A stretch of 62,876 nucleotides of DNA, the filler included, from Asterionella formosa (Eukaryota), in assembly GCA_002256025.1 (NCBI GenBank). It is 16 parts of 16 records of this genome, joined end to end, with 100 filler letters (N's around TTAATTAATTAA, not from the genome) between each part and the next. Parts side by side here need not be neighbours in the genome. Positions count along the whole stretch, not along the records: positions 6,295 to 37,740 come from NKIB01000672.1; positions 37,841 to 39,837 come from NKIB01000673.1; positions 39,938 to 41,934 come from NKIB01000674.1; positions 42,035 to 44,030 come from NKIB01000675.1; positions 44,131 to 46,124 come from NKIB01000676.1; 11 more parts are not named here. The stretch is one strand, 5' to 3'. Positions 33,848 to 45,890 of the stretch are shown here, one piece after another; the first letter of the stretch is position 1; each line of letters starts with the position of its first letter. The notes below the pieces were generated by a model that was given only the letters and a program-made list of their open reading frames with translations, did not search any database and was not told the DNA's origin. Position numbers and translations under genes: made by a program.

Positions 33848-34874
33848 CTACAAACAACCCTCCAAAGACCAGCCCCACACTGGCCCACTGACTGTTGGTA
33901 AAGACATGCCCAAAGTGCAAGACACTCAATAGAATGGTAAAAAATTTGCGCGTGGTCGTGATCGTGGTACATATGAGAGGGGAGAACCATGTAATGGTCA
34001 AAAAGATAAAAATCTGACCTGCGGCAGCCGCAAGATTCAACCACATGACCCCAGCTTTGACAGTTTGAAAGTGTGCCATACCATGATCCCATTCACCGCT
34101 GTAGTGTGCCATGGGTGTCAACCACAAAAGGGCGTATAGATTGACATAGAGCATCGTTTCCACGGCAGTGGGTGGACGCTGCTTTAACTTGTCGACTCGT
34201 TTGAGGAGTCCTTGACAGGATCCCAATAGGCCATCGAAAATCAGTGACACCAATAACAAGAACAATCCATAGCTGGAATTTTCTCTGTCGTCATTGCTAG
34301 TTGTAAGTCTAGATATATTGAATAAGACAATCCCTGACGTAATACATATGGCAGCGAGCCATTCGGTGGAGGAGTAGCATTTCCGTTCAATGAGCAGTCC
34401 CATGACCATGGTGGGAATGAGCTTGCAAGACTTGGCCAAGACTGCAGTGGGGTAACTGACAAATCTCATACTGCTGTTGGACGAAGTCATGGCGGCGACA
34501 TAACAGATACTGGCTGTAAATTCCAGCACATTATGAGAGGTTCGTTAGTATAGTATGGACAAGGTGGCGATCCCAATTCGCTGAAATCCGCGTTGGCACT
34601 CACTCAATAGCAGTAGTGGGTGATGCAATTTCCCTCGCTTTCTCACTGGTCGGTCATAAAATCCCTCCATTCTCTGCCAAACTAGTGCCACTATTGTGTT
34701 GGAGATACATTGTGTCACCAAGAGAAAAGTGGCACCAACAATGTTTTCCTTGAAGAATCTTTCCTGCAGGAATCCGTAAAAAAGGTAGCAACTGCAGATT
34801 CCAATGGCGCAAGCAGCAAGCTTTGCCAAACCAGCTTGTTTAGGGAATTCAGATACAGTTGACGATTTGCACAT
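33795..34874 (-). CDS. UAA-family nucleotide-sugar transporter (SLC35B1/UTR1-like), 2 exons: 34874-34604 and 34513-33795
   Basis: YGFLQE, VSYPTAVLAKSCKLIPTM, GQIFIF and TTITTTRKFFTILLSV motifs. A 90-nt intron (GTGAGT...TACTAAC...TTTACAG) joins the two ORFs in frame. Confidence 0.92.
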
Positions 34875-35863
34875 GAAGGAGAGTTGATAAGGACTCTGAA
34901 CAGTTTATTCGTTTCAATACTTCAATTTTTGTGAACGCATTTGAGAGTCGATTGATGTGACACCCGTTTGTTCCACAAAAAACAACGAACAAGGCGAAAA
35001 CGCAAGGCGAAGAGGAGGACAGAACGGATGCGGGAGTCAGAAGGAGTGACGTGTACATGTTGTGACATGCTGGAGTGATCATGATGATGCATGACTGCGA
35101 TGGTGATTGAGCCAATACCACCTTGCAGGTTTGCTTGCTGCGTCCTGATGATATGACGTGAGAAATACCGAGGTAGCAGAACAGTCGTGCGTATGTAGGT
35201 AGGCATTGATTCAAAGACTACCACGATATCTACCGGTACCAGGTAGTATCTAAAAGCTTGCCGCGTCTAGCACCGGTACTCCTGTTACCGGTAGTCTACA
35301 AATACGACGACTGATTTGTTGCAAAAAATTCAGTTCAGAGGGAATACCGGTACCAGGTACCTGGTATGCTGGTACTTGGTTCTAGTACCAGGGAGTACAA
35401 TTACTCCTCCCTCACCATTATGCGGATAGGTTCAACCTTATGGCAAGTATACGATGGGAACATTCAAGTCCAGCCACTGCAAACATTCTCTGAGTAATTC
35501 AGTTTCGAAACATTTAGTGTTTATTTGCCAATAGATGAGAACAGCCAATTAGATGAGAACAGGCAATAGTGCCATCTTCGAACTGTTAAATAAAAGAAGT
35601 GACGGTTGATTTGAGGTCGAAAATAGTCTTGCAAAATAGTTTGAATTATTCGTGATGGTTTTCCATTCAGATAAACATTTGTTCGCTGCGATTACACGAA
35701 TGTGCTGGAGCATCATGTTCATTTTAGTTTTGTAGAGGCAATGGAAACATAAGAATCTTAGAACACTCATGGTTGACTATTATATATGTATATATAATGA
35801 ATGAATGAAGGTAATAGACTGGTATGCCATAACTCGTACATACACACTACAGTCGTTCCGTCT

Positions 35864-36202
35864 TCATGACTCTGATTTTCGTCTGGGGGAGGGCAATGGT
35901 GTCCCTTTTTCTTTTGCCTCTACCTCCAATCGTTCTTGCTCTGCCCAGTATTGTCGAATGGGTTCACCAAAAATGTAATTCCCTGATACAACACCAATAA
36001 ACGAGTATACAGCTATATTTAGCAAACTTGAAGGACCAGCTCGTCGAAAGGTGGGACTAAATGAAAAGAAGGGGTTTGTTTGAGGGAATCCAATTGAAAT
36101 AGAAAAAGAAACGACACAACACACAGATTCTCCTTACCGAAACGCTCCACCCGAGATTCCTTTATTATAATCACGACTTTTAAAATCTTTGATGTTAACC
36201 AT
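35864..36202 (-). CDS. 85-aa single-TM microprotein, 2 exons: 36202-36138 and 36056-35864
   Basis: ATG at 36202. An 81-nt GTAAG...TTTAG intron gives in-frame MVNIKDFKSRDYNKGISGGAFRPTFRRAGPSSLLNIAVYSFIGVVSGNYIFGEPIRQYWAEQERLE... Confidence 0.72.
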
Positions 36203-36397
36203 TGCAATTAGAGATTCTCCCTATGTATGCAACAATGCAACAAAATGGTTCAAGTGTTGGATTAATGAAGAATGACACTGTGTCAGCGGCACATCTTTAA
36301 ATGAACACGGCTTGTTGGTAACCAGGGTATCTTCTTATGTTCGGTGGAGGACAGAACGATGAAAGGGGGATACCTGTATGCATAATAATGTAAGCTA

Positions 36398-36690
36398 CGG
36401 TACCTGGTACCTGGTACCAGGGTACCTGGCACCTGGTGCTCCTGGTACCAGGGTACCAGGTACTATTAGCTACCTACTCGGAGTACTATGCTATCTATTT
36501 CCCAGTTTACCACTATCTTACGTATGACCAGGTACATGACCCGGAGGAGTGCTCCGAACCAGATACCTGGCCAGGGCCTGGATACCACCTGGTACCATGC
36601 ATGGTACATATTTAATAGCGGGACTTTTCCCAAATTTGGTTTACTAAATGCAACTACCGTACCAGGTACCAGGTTACCAGGTACCGGGTA
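36398..36690. repeat. Dense GGTACC / TACCWGGTA palindromic array (example of a recurring intergenic motif)
   Basis: GGTACCTGGTACCTGGTACCAGGGTACCTGGCACCTGGTGCTCCTGGTACCAGGGTACCAGGTAC and further units. Confidence 0.9.
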
Positions 36691-37004
36691 CTGCCAATCG
36701 GCATTTGCATCACGCACTATACTTATAAATTAGAAAAAACTGTGTGTAGTCGCATGATACAAAAAATTTGGCCAAGCAACGCATTTTTTCCATTTTGTAT
36801 CTCTGTTCAGACTTTGCCTAATAATAATAATAAAGCAATAAAACAAGGAAAAAGATATTTCGTCCCCCTATATCGATATTTCGTCCCCCTCTTTTTGATA
36901 AACCCTTAAACCCTACTAGCCTACATGGTCTTCGTATAAACCACCAATACTTTTTTGCCACACGAATTTTAGTTGACTCCTCCACGACACTGCCGTGCTA
37001 ACGC

Positions 37005-37549
37005 ATGCACATCATTGTGTTCGAATTGACTCTGATGCCTCCTCAACCAAAGCTGTCAGAACCTATTGGGGACAATACAGAGGAGGGAGATGAAAATTTA
37101 TCCGACGTCAATCTAATGGATCAAGTCACATTTGATTCTCGGGAAAAATGCATTGAAGCTATTACCAAGTATTATAAGGATATGTAAGCTCTGGAACATT
37201 CCAAAGCACCGATTTTCACGAGCATTGGATGCTTCAGCATGAGACTTCATCCCCAGCAGCCAATGTCTCCTCTCCACGACAGAAGCGGCTGAACTCAATC
37301 CAAGAGACCCTATATTCGGTAGATGCTGATCAAGTTCCCGTTTTATTGCAAAGACTTGAGGAAGCCACTTCTCGACCGCTACATATGCTTTCAAATCCAG
37401 TGGTCAGTGTAGTTAGGAAGCGTGGACATCCTCCAGGCTCTAAGAACCGTGCTAATCAACGAGATAAGTCAAGATTTGAATATGTCAGTGGAAATCAATG
37501 TGGTAATTGTGGGGTGAATGGGCACAATTCATGTACCTGTCCCAAATGA
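37005..37549 (+). mobile_element. Internally deleted Mutator (MULE)-like transposase relic
   Basis: N-terminal piece TFDSREKCIEAITKYY and C-terminal KRGHPPGSKNR...RDKSRFEYV...CGNCGVNGHNSCTC zinc knuckle. No DDE core. GATATTTCGTCCCCCT-like direct repeat at about 36853-36890. Confidence 0.55.
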
Positions 37550-38346
37550 ATAGATATACTTATTTTTAGTAAATCATATCATATATATTTAGTCAATGCA
37601 CTCTGAACTACACTTTGAATGCTATTAATTGTTAAACAAAGACTCAATTGTAAACACCTGGTAAATTGAATATTTTGATCAATATGTTGTAACAAAGAAA
37701 TTACCTTTGCACAATACCTGTTGATGCCACTGTCTACACANNNNNNNNNNNNNNNNNNNNNNNNNNNNNNNNNNNNNNNNNNNNTTAATTAATTAANNNN
37801 NNNNNNNNNNNNNNNNNNNNNNNNNNNNNNNNNNNNNNNNAATGACTTTTGATGTGCACCTTCATAGTTTCAGCTTGCTCCCGATTATTTGTTGCATGCC
37901 TGCCAGGTGAGATAGGTCCGCTTTCGATTTCAAATATTCCTTTAAGTAATTTAAGAAATGTTTATCTTCTGTTTTTGTTCACCAATGATGATTTGCAGAT
38001 GCAGTCTCTGAACGCGACTCAAATTTGCAGAATATGACTAGGACTTGGTGACTGATGAACCAGTTGAGCGAACCGTCTTCTAGTTTTGGAATACGCACAA
38101 ATGGGAAGATTTTTCAACACACGATACATTTTTCATGTATTTTGGAGATGCAAAATTCAAAATAACGATGTAACCAAGCAGAGTTGCATACAGATTCTTT
38201 TCACAGAATGCAACCCTGAAGACTACTCTGTATCGCATCACATTTTATTTGATTCTCTATTTCATAATGTCAATTAGTAGTCCATTTACATTTTCAAATC
38301 GTATTATGTACTATTGAGCTGCTCATCCACCCTCCTACTTTCACCA

Positions 38347-38436
38347 GCAAGTTGCGGTCATTTTGCTTTAACTAACATTTTAATCTGGGATAAAGAAAGC
38401 TAAATCTTTAGTTTCAGCAAAATTACCGCAACTTGC
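38347..38436. repeat. ~90-bp imperfect inverted repeat (MITE-like or hairpin)
   Basis: GCAAGTTGCGGTCATTTTGCTTTAACTAA pairs with TTAGTTTCAGCAAAATTACCGCAACTTGC. Confidence 0.7.
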
Positions 38437-38649
38437 ACAGGTCGTGGCATAGATACCGATAGTCTACCCTAGCCTATCACTCGAATAGTCTATAGTAAGT
38501 AACTATACATGGCTAGAAAAACATTCCTTGATAAGCTTCCATGGATCAGTCCTGATGATATTGTCTCAGGAACTCTGTCCAGGTCTACCTTCAGAAACGA
38601 TATTGCTAAGACTGTGTCGCTTGTATTGTCCCGGATACTTAATATGGAT

Positions 38650-39810
38650 CTAAATAACCAAATCACCAGGATTGAGTCCCTCGCCTACTGGTAGCAAGAT
38701 AAACAGATCCCTAGAAATCTCACCAGTCTGCTCCATGCTTACATCAACAATACCCGATGTCGTGATTCCAAACTCAACCAGCTGACTTGGTTCCTTTCGA
38801 TGCCAAGCTCTAAAAGGGTGCTTGTCGATCCTCGCTCGAACAGTCTTGGTCGAGGCGGTCTCATCAAACCCATCTAATACCTCTAGCCACAGTGCAATAT
38901 CAGCCACTTGCCACACCTGCCCCATAGCAGGCTTGTTTCCATTTGATCCAGAAACGGTTCCGTTCGTCACTAACGCAGACAAGTTGTAGTTTCGTACCAT
39001 CTTTTTTAACTGCAAAGCAAGTTGGCGAGCTATAATTTTACCGGCGTTTCCGTCTCCGCCAGCATACAAATCGCCAGTTAAAATTCCAGACGCTGAATCC
39101 AAAATTAAAAGTGATCCTAAGCAACTGAAGTCGTTTGCAAGAAAGTCGTCATCTTCTAGCTGAAGGAGCGAAGCCATTGCTTGGTAACCATTTCTTATCG
39201 GGGAAAAATGAACATTCGTCAATATTTGTTGGTAGTTCTCCTTGCTGGCATAGTGTGATAGGCGACGAGCCAGAGGAAGAATTGTACCATGCCCAAAATC
39301 ACTTGCTAAGTAGACAACTTTCCCGCCACGTTCGGCATGGTGTGCCGCGAAAGCAAGTGCGACTTGTGTTTTACCTGAGGATGGAGGACCCGTCAGTTGC
39401 GTAACGTTCCCAAACGCAAGTCCGGGGGTGTTATCATCTATTCCCAAAAGTCTGTCAAGCCATTTACTTCCGCTTAAAATTGACTGTCCTTTGCAGGTTT
39501 GTTGCTGGTACAGCAAATATTCCAACGCAGAAAGAGAACCTGCCAGCAGTGGCTTGCTAACCTCTGCTTCCTCCTCATTGACGATTACAGAAACCCTCAA
39601 TGATCTCTTTCCATCCTTTGTGGACGAAATAAGTGCATCGGCCACAGCAGATCGTACGCTGTCAATGATGTGAATTGGTACATTGAGCGACTCAGCTAAG
39701 GAAGCGGCATCCCGCGACAACAATGCTTGTGGCGTCTCAATGGGAGGCTTCAACGCTGCAAGCTTCTCTTGTAGCTGAGGATGGACTCCAATCGACCGAA
39801 GGGAAGGCAT
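38650..39810 (-). CDS. RAD51 paralog, most like RAD51D (3' end may be spliced differently)
   Basis: N-terminal helical domain, SGSKWLDRLL, Walker A GPPSSGKTQ, Walker B LLILDS, ALVTN, KPAMGQVW, FGITTSGI. Confidence 0.85.
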   Translation of the reverse strand: MPSLRSIGVHPQLQEKLAALKPPIETPQALLSRDAASLAESLNVPIHIIDSVRSAVADALISSTKDGKRSLRVSVIVNEEEAEVSKPLLAGSLSALEYLLYQQQTCKGQSILSGSKWLDRLLGIDDNTPGLAFGNVTQLTGPPSSGKTQVALAFAAHHAERGGKVVYLASDFGHGTILPLARRLSHYASKENYQQILTNVHFSPIRNGYQAMASLLQLEDDDFLANDFSCLGSLLILDSASGILTGDLYAGGDGNAGKIIARQLALQLKKMVRNYNLSALVTNGTVSGSNGNKPAMGQVWQVADIALWLEVLDGFDETASTKTVRARIDKHPFRAWHRKEPSQLVEFGITTSGIVDVSMEQTGEISRDLFILLPVGEGLNPGDLVI

Positions 39811-39959
39811 TCCTTAGTATACAAGAAGAATAGATTGNNNNNNNNNNNNNNNNNNNNNNNNNNNNNNNNNNNNNNNNNNNNTTAATTAATTAANNNNNNN
39901 NNNNNNNNNNNNNNNNNNNNNNNNNNNNNNNNNNNNNAGATAAAATGGGAGCAAACTAA

Positions 39960-40266
39960 CAGAATTAATGGTAGTCAGAGTGAAGAATATTTGTGAACGG
40001 AAATGTTGCGAATTGTCGAGAAAAGTACCGTATTATAGAGATTATTACTGAACAAATTTTTCTTCGTGTCGCCAGAAAATATTGTCAGTTGGCCCCAAAA
40101 ATTATGTGGGTTTCTAAAATAATTATGGAAGTTGTCGAAACTATTTTAGTTCACTCCGTCCATATATATTGTATGATGCATCATATTTTTTTGTGATGTC
40201 ATACCCTTAAATTATGTACGTAGCTAAATTCGTCATATTGGGCCACCCAAATAATTAATTTGGGTG
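39960..40266. repeat. ~21-22-bp phased AT-rich array (AATTATG core) ending in palindrome CACCCAAAT-AATTA-ATTTGGGTG
   Basis: Cores at about 40100, 40121, 40142 and 40210. The palindrome overlaps the transposase stop codon. Confidence 0.55.
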
Positions 40267-41934
40267 ATCATATTTGACTAGCGTTTTTTTTGTGGCGGCT
40301 GTACCAGTAATCGGCGTTGTAGATGTCCATTTGAAGTCGGCCCAATCATACCAAGACCCCTGTCCCAAATAATTGGGATGGGCATGGAAAGTATTTCCAT
40401 CTCGTTTGTGTTCACACAGGACCTCAATTGACTTTTTGGTTATGAAGGGAAGCACTTCCTTTCCTAGAAATCGAATTAAATCAATGTCAACTCCTGATGT
40501 CTTTATAGTCGCCGAATTGGAAGTGACAGATGCAATAGTGAATCCACCATTATTTTCCTGTAACTTTAAGATAAAGCGTGCACCACCTGTAGATGTGCTT
40601 ATACTGTCAGTCCCAGTGCTTGGTGTTTCATTAGAAGAACCATCATCGGCGAGCAAATCTGTATCATCATGTTCAAAAGGATCTTTTCCCAAAAATTCCC
40701 GACATGCAACACCTATGGCAATGTTTTCGATAATTCGTTGTCCAGATTGAAGGTCCATTAGGTGATGTCGTTTTTGAGATGTTTTAGCTGGTAACTTGCA
40801 AAGGAATTTTAAATTCTTTTCCATTGGTCCACCATTGAAAACTTGCGGACTGCCAAACCGTTCGATATTTCGGACAGTATGCATCTGCTGATGAAACTTT
40901 GTCATTTTCCAGCCTTGCTCTGTCGTTTCTCTTGGGAAAATCTTGACTAATTTTGTGTAGTACTTGACAATGGATCGACAATCAATTTCCATCAATCGAT
41001 GTACGTCATAACTTTCTTGGCTGAACCAGGAATTATAACAAACCATGCCCTCGAAAATTATTTGGATGTCTTTTATTTCCTGCATTGACATTCCAACCTC
41101 ATCCTTGCAAAGCTTGATTCCGGCGTCTGTAGCCATTACCAAACAAGCAACAAGCATTACCCCAACGGTTTCATTTCCTGTTATCTTTGGAAAACATCCA
41201 TGGAATCCTTTCAGATGTTGCATCATCTTTGACACTTTTATGAATAATGTATCAAAAGCGGTTCTATTTTTCAACCCCTGAGCAGAGGTAACAGTGCCGA
41301 ACTTTACCGAGAACAGAAGAATGAGATAACGCATCATTCCCTCATGTATTGAGTGCAACTTTTCAGGAGGGCAATGGCCATTGATTCCCAATGGATCTCC
41401 ACCAAAATCCAGCGCATACCAGCAAGGTGTAATAAAACGTTGTGACACGGCATCCATTAGTGTTTTGTCGTTCATTCCTAATAGGGCAGCATAACCCACT
41501 TGCCCTACTGGAGAGCATTTGATTGATGGTTTATCTAATTTGTCGTATGAACAATCACATTCCCGACAGAGACGAAAAGTTTTCAGGTAATATTTAATCC
41601 TCCCACACTGATTGTCCAATCCTTCCGCATCGCCAAGCACCAACCCGACCGGTACCTTTACAACCAGGCTATGCTGTTTGCCATGGAAATTGAAATTATA
41701 CTTGAAGCCACCAGATTTCTGAGTCTCTTGAACTCCCGACAATATAATTGCCAAAATTGTGTGATAATCCTTGCACTTATCGTCGGCAGTCATATTTTTG
41801 TTCAATGCAAGACTCTGACCATCAAGTTTTGGTATTAGACCAAGGGGGCGCCAAGCAATGACTTTGTTCCTTACAGTTGTACGGAAAATCCCAAGAGAAA
41901 ACAAAACTGGCTCCATGGTGAATTTAGAATTTTC
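40255..41934 (-). mobile_element. Plavaka/CACTA(EnSpm)-like transposase, 5'-partial
   Basis: EPVLFSLG...AWRPLGLIP, YHTIL, VLGDAEGLD, CRECDC, EKLHSIHEG, KFHQQMH..NIERFG, GPMEKNLK and HPNY..WYDW follow the motif order of this DDE group. Open for 553+ aa. Confidence 0.72.
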
Positions 41935-42965
41935 NNNNNNNNNNNNNNNNNNNNNNNNNNNNNNNNNNNNNNNNNNNNTTAATTAATTAANNNNNNNNNN
42001 NNNNNNNNNNNNNNNNNNNNNNNNNNNNNNNNNNAGATCGATCTTTTCCAAATCCATGCACAGCATCAACGCAAAGGTTTGAGCAATGCCTCGAAGAGAG
42101 AAGCTCACTAACGCCACCGTCGAAGATTCGGACCGGATTCACTCAATTTACCTTCGAGACATCTGATTCTTGCATACCATAGCTACTACCGGTAGCTAGC
42201 TATAACAAGCTATGGTCTAAAACACACGTACCTCCTGGTATGTACAAATCAAGAGAGTGAGTACCAGGTAACAGGGTACGGAGTACTAATACTGAATGTA
42301 GCGGTAATTCTTATGATTCATTGCCAACAACAAAGCTTTCCCTTGCTGGCTTTTGTTGCCGCTATGAGTACGGCAATCCTGATCAGCAGTATACAGAAAA
42401 CTCCTTCTTGTACTTGTTACTCATAATCGGTGACCATGTACTTCTACTCTTACCTAAATACCGGTACATACAATCGCTCGCGATGTTCCCGCTGTGCCGC
42501 ATAAAGATGGCGAAAGGGAATCTTTATGAGGTCATAGATTCATTAGCTTGTCTGTTTGTTCTTACGGAATGTGTGCCCGTTTCGGGTGGTACCAGTACCT
42601 GGTACTCAGCATCATAAGAATATGTCGAATGTAATCATTGGAACATAGAAATTCGCTCGACGGCTGCTTCATCTCATTTAACGGCAAAACGTTTAGTGTA
42701 CTTTACTCAGTATCCATTTAATAAATCTACAGGAAGTTGCAGTAAAAGACGGTTCTTGCTATGAGGAAATCTCATTTACCTATCTTTTTGACAGAAACCT
42801 TTTGGCTGAAGAATGATAAATGTAGGGACTGTATCAGGTAGGTATTGCGTGGTCGGTGAACCTGGTGCACCAGGTACCATGTACTACACGTAGGATATGG
42901 TTGTAAGTTACTACGAACGTACCCGAAAATAAATCAACTCTCAGCGCAACCTTTTATGGCCATAC

Positions 42966-43265
42966 ATATAGTCGTAGCTGTGTCCTGCACTGGTAGTTAA
43001 CTAGCCCCTTCGACAAAGCTCGCGATGTACATATACCGGTACTTGAGTACAGGGTAGACTGGGTACCAGGTACCAGTACATATAGTCGTAGCTTTGTTGT
43101 GCACCGGCACCTTCGACAAAAAAGCTATGTAGCGATGTACCGGTACTCGTTTAGACTGGGTACCAGGTACCTGGTACATAAAGTCGTCGCTATGTAGTGC
43201 AGTGGTAGTTAACTAGCACCTTCGACAAAGCTCAGTATATATACTGCCTTGTATAGAGTGGGTAA
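42966..43265. repeat. Three imperfect ~100-110-bp tandem units
   Basis: CATAWAGTCGTMGCT...TGCAS..CCTTCGACAAA at about 42966, 43079 and 43177. Confidence 0.8.
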
Positions 43266-43457
43266 TACCATCACCTCTAATAGCTTTGTCATGAAATGAA
43301 ATCCCTTGTTGTACCTCCCCAGTTTTCTAGTAATATGCATGTTAACATGCAAACCATGAAACTACTAGGAGATAAAATAGTTAATAACAATTGAGGTACT
43401 AAACAAGCAAAGTAAATACTAAAGACATTGCAAATTTCAAAATTTCAATGAAATTAT

Positions 43458-43775
43458 CTAAACACACAGTAGTGAATGCCCACCAGTGCAACAATCTTTT
43501 ATCAGATGCATGAGTATGTATGTCACTGTTTGGTCTTGGCCATATGGCTCATAAATTCGGTCTATTGCTGTGTTTGCAGGAGTAGTATCACCAGCACAAA
43601 CTAGCATTGCAACTGTCTCCCACAGAATTTAGCACCAGCAGTAAATAAATTTCAGTCTACTCCTTTCAACCCTTGTAAATAGCCTTTCTGGCTTTTGCCC
43701 TCCAATCCCAACCTCCCATTCCTGTCAAAGAACAACTAGCATCTTTGGTGTCTTAGCCACTACTATTGTACTAGA
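43458..43775 (-). pseudogene. Decayed Crypton relic (GCR1_C-like C-terminal domain)
   Basis: Manual translation KTPKMLVVL*QEWEVGIGGQKPERLFTRVERSRLKFIYCWC*ILWETV...AIDRIYE...KDCCTGGHSLLCV* aligns with the C-terminus of the 48321-50273 ORF. Confidence 0.88.
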
Positions 43776-44366
43776 CTGGATCAACAGCCATTTTACTTTC
43801 CAAATCGTTTTACTTTGGGTTAAAGTACTGAAAGACTATTTAGGTTTAAGCAAATGATGGAATCTAATTTAATCAAGACAACGTTAAGCAATATTTTTCT
43901 TAAACTTTGTAGACAAGCATGCACAGTCCTTAATTCATATGTAGATGACTGCATGTGTCACTACAGAAGGAAAGAGATTTACCAGCATTAGTCTACTGGT
44001 ACTATGTTAACAATATGCTGGTAATAACAGNNNNNNNNNNNNNNNNNNNNNNNNNNNNNNNNNNNNNNNNNNNNTTAATTAATTAANNNNNNNNNNNNNN
44101 NNNNNNNNNNNNNNNNNNNNNNNNNNNNNNTGATGCAATGGTATTATAACTATGATAGTATCATCATACTTCAAGCTCGGTAAAAGTTTACTGCATGATC
44201 ATAACTATATGATACATTGATCATATTTTTGATCGAAAAACTATCATATATGTAAAAGCTCTGTGCCACTTAGCGTACAATACCCTTGATCCTATATTCA
44301 TGATTGTTTTTTTTGCAGACAAATGGTGAGGTAGAACCAGAGAAATAATTCCAGTAAATTCAGTTT

Positions 44367-45890
44367 TTGTCTGATTTCGGAAGAACTCTACTCATGCCCA
44401 CTCCAGAAATACAAGGTCTTAACAATTTGCCTCTACCCCCAAGAGTTAGAGTGAGAGGAAAGAACAAGGTCTGTGAATACATCAATGACGAAGGGCTAAT
44501 TCAAGTGATAACTCCTGTGATGTCTTACTGGTATATACTATACATTTCCAGACCAGCAGTTGAATTGTCATCGTCTTTTCAAAACAAATTTCGCCGCAGA
44601 TTTCGACTACCACCACATAACCAGTTCCTCCGATTTGTTGTTGATGCTAGAGATTCAAATTGGTTTCCTCGCTGGACTCGACCTGATGCAACAGGAAGGG
44701 TGTCATCACCCCTTGAACTTATGGTTTTAGAAGCATTTAGGTACCTTGGGAGAGGATGGACTTTTGATGACATTGAGGAGAATACTGGTATCAGTCAAGA
44801 GACCCACATGCAATTCTTCCATGCCTTTATTGAAGTTGGAAGTACCATCCTTTACAAAAAATATGTTAGAACTCCAACAAACCCATTGGAAGCAGAGCAT
44901 CACATGTTTGAAATGACACAGGCAGGTTTCCTTGGATGTCTTGGGTCAAAAGATGCTACACATGTGTCAATAGGGCGATGCTTCAATCGGCTTCGGAACC
45001 AGCATATATCATCAAAACTTCCTTGTACAGCCAGGACTTATAATGCTACTGTGAATCTTCGCCGGAGGATCCTGTCTAGTACCACAGGGCATCCTTGTCG
45101 ATGAAATGATAAAACATTAATCAACTTTGATACTTTTGCTCGAGGCATCCAGAATGGAGCAGATGCCTTGAAAGATGTGGAGTTTGAGCTTAAAGAAAAA
45201 GATCGGAATGGAGAAGTTGTATCCATAAAGTATAGTGGATGCTTTTTGATACTAGTTTAACCATGGATATCTAAAGTGGTCTACAACAGTGCCTCCAACC
45301 AAAAACCCAGAAACTGAACAAGAACTTAAATGGTCTGCATTGCTGGAGTCATTTAGAAAAGATCTGGAATGTACCTTTGGAATACTCAAGGGACGAAAAA
45401 TCAGGCATCCAAATACACGGAGTAACAGAACCTGACAAGGTCTGGCTGACATGTTGCGCATTTCATAACATGCTACTTGATATTGATGGCTTAGTCCTGC
45501 AATGGAAAAATGGTGTTTCAAGTGACTGGGAAGAAGGACCATTAGGCCAATTAAATGGAGCTTAAGCACCTTTCGCTATTCAAAGGCTAAATGCATTTGC
45601 AAGACCGGCGGTACTTGGATTAGCCAGCTTGCGAACAATTGATACCTCTGGAATGGGTCCTGGTAATGATGGTGATGGACAAATTCCTTATGCAATTCGA
45701 AATTTAGTGCCGGATCCAAATGACAACTTCAATATTGAAGTGCTAACAAAGAATGTTGATACAGTTTGAGTGGTCCGGCATTTAAGTTTACAGTTGTTCT
45801 TCAAGAGTAAACCCATTGAACATTTTGATATTTTATGGAAACAAAACAAGATTGTTTGGCAATCACGTTGTAATGTAAATGATCATCCCT
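44367..45890 (+). mobile_element. PIF/Harbinger-type DDE transposase pseudogene
   Basis: FRRRFRL, LRYLG-like FRYLGRGWTFDD, GCLGSKDATH, R*NDKTL, GYLKWSTTVPP, LESFRKDLECTFGILKGR, CCAFHNMLL, with stops and frameshifts. Confidence 0.85.
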
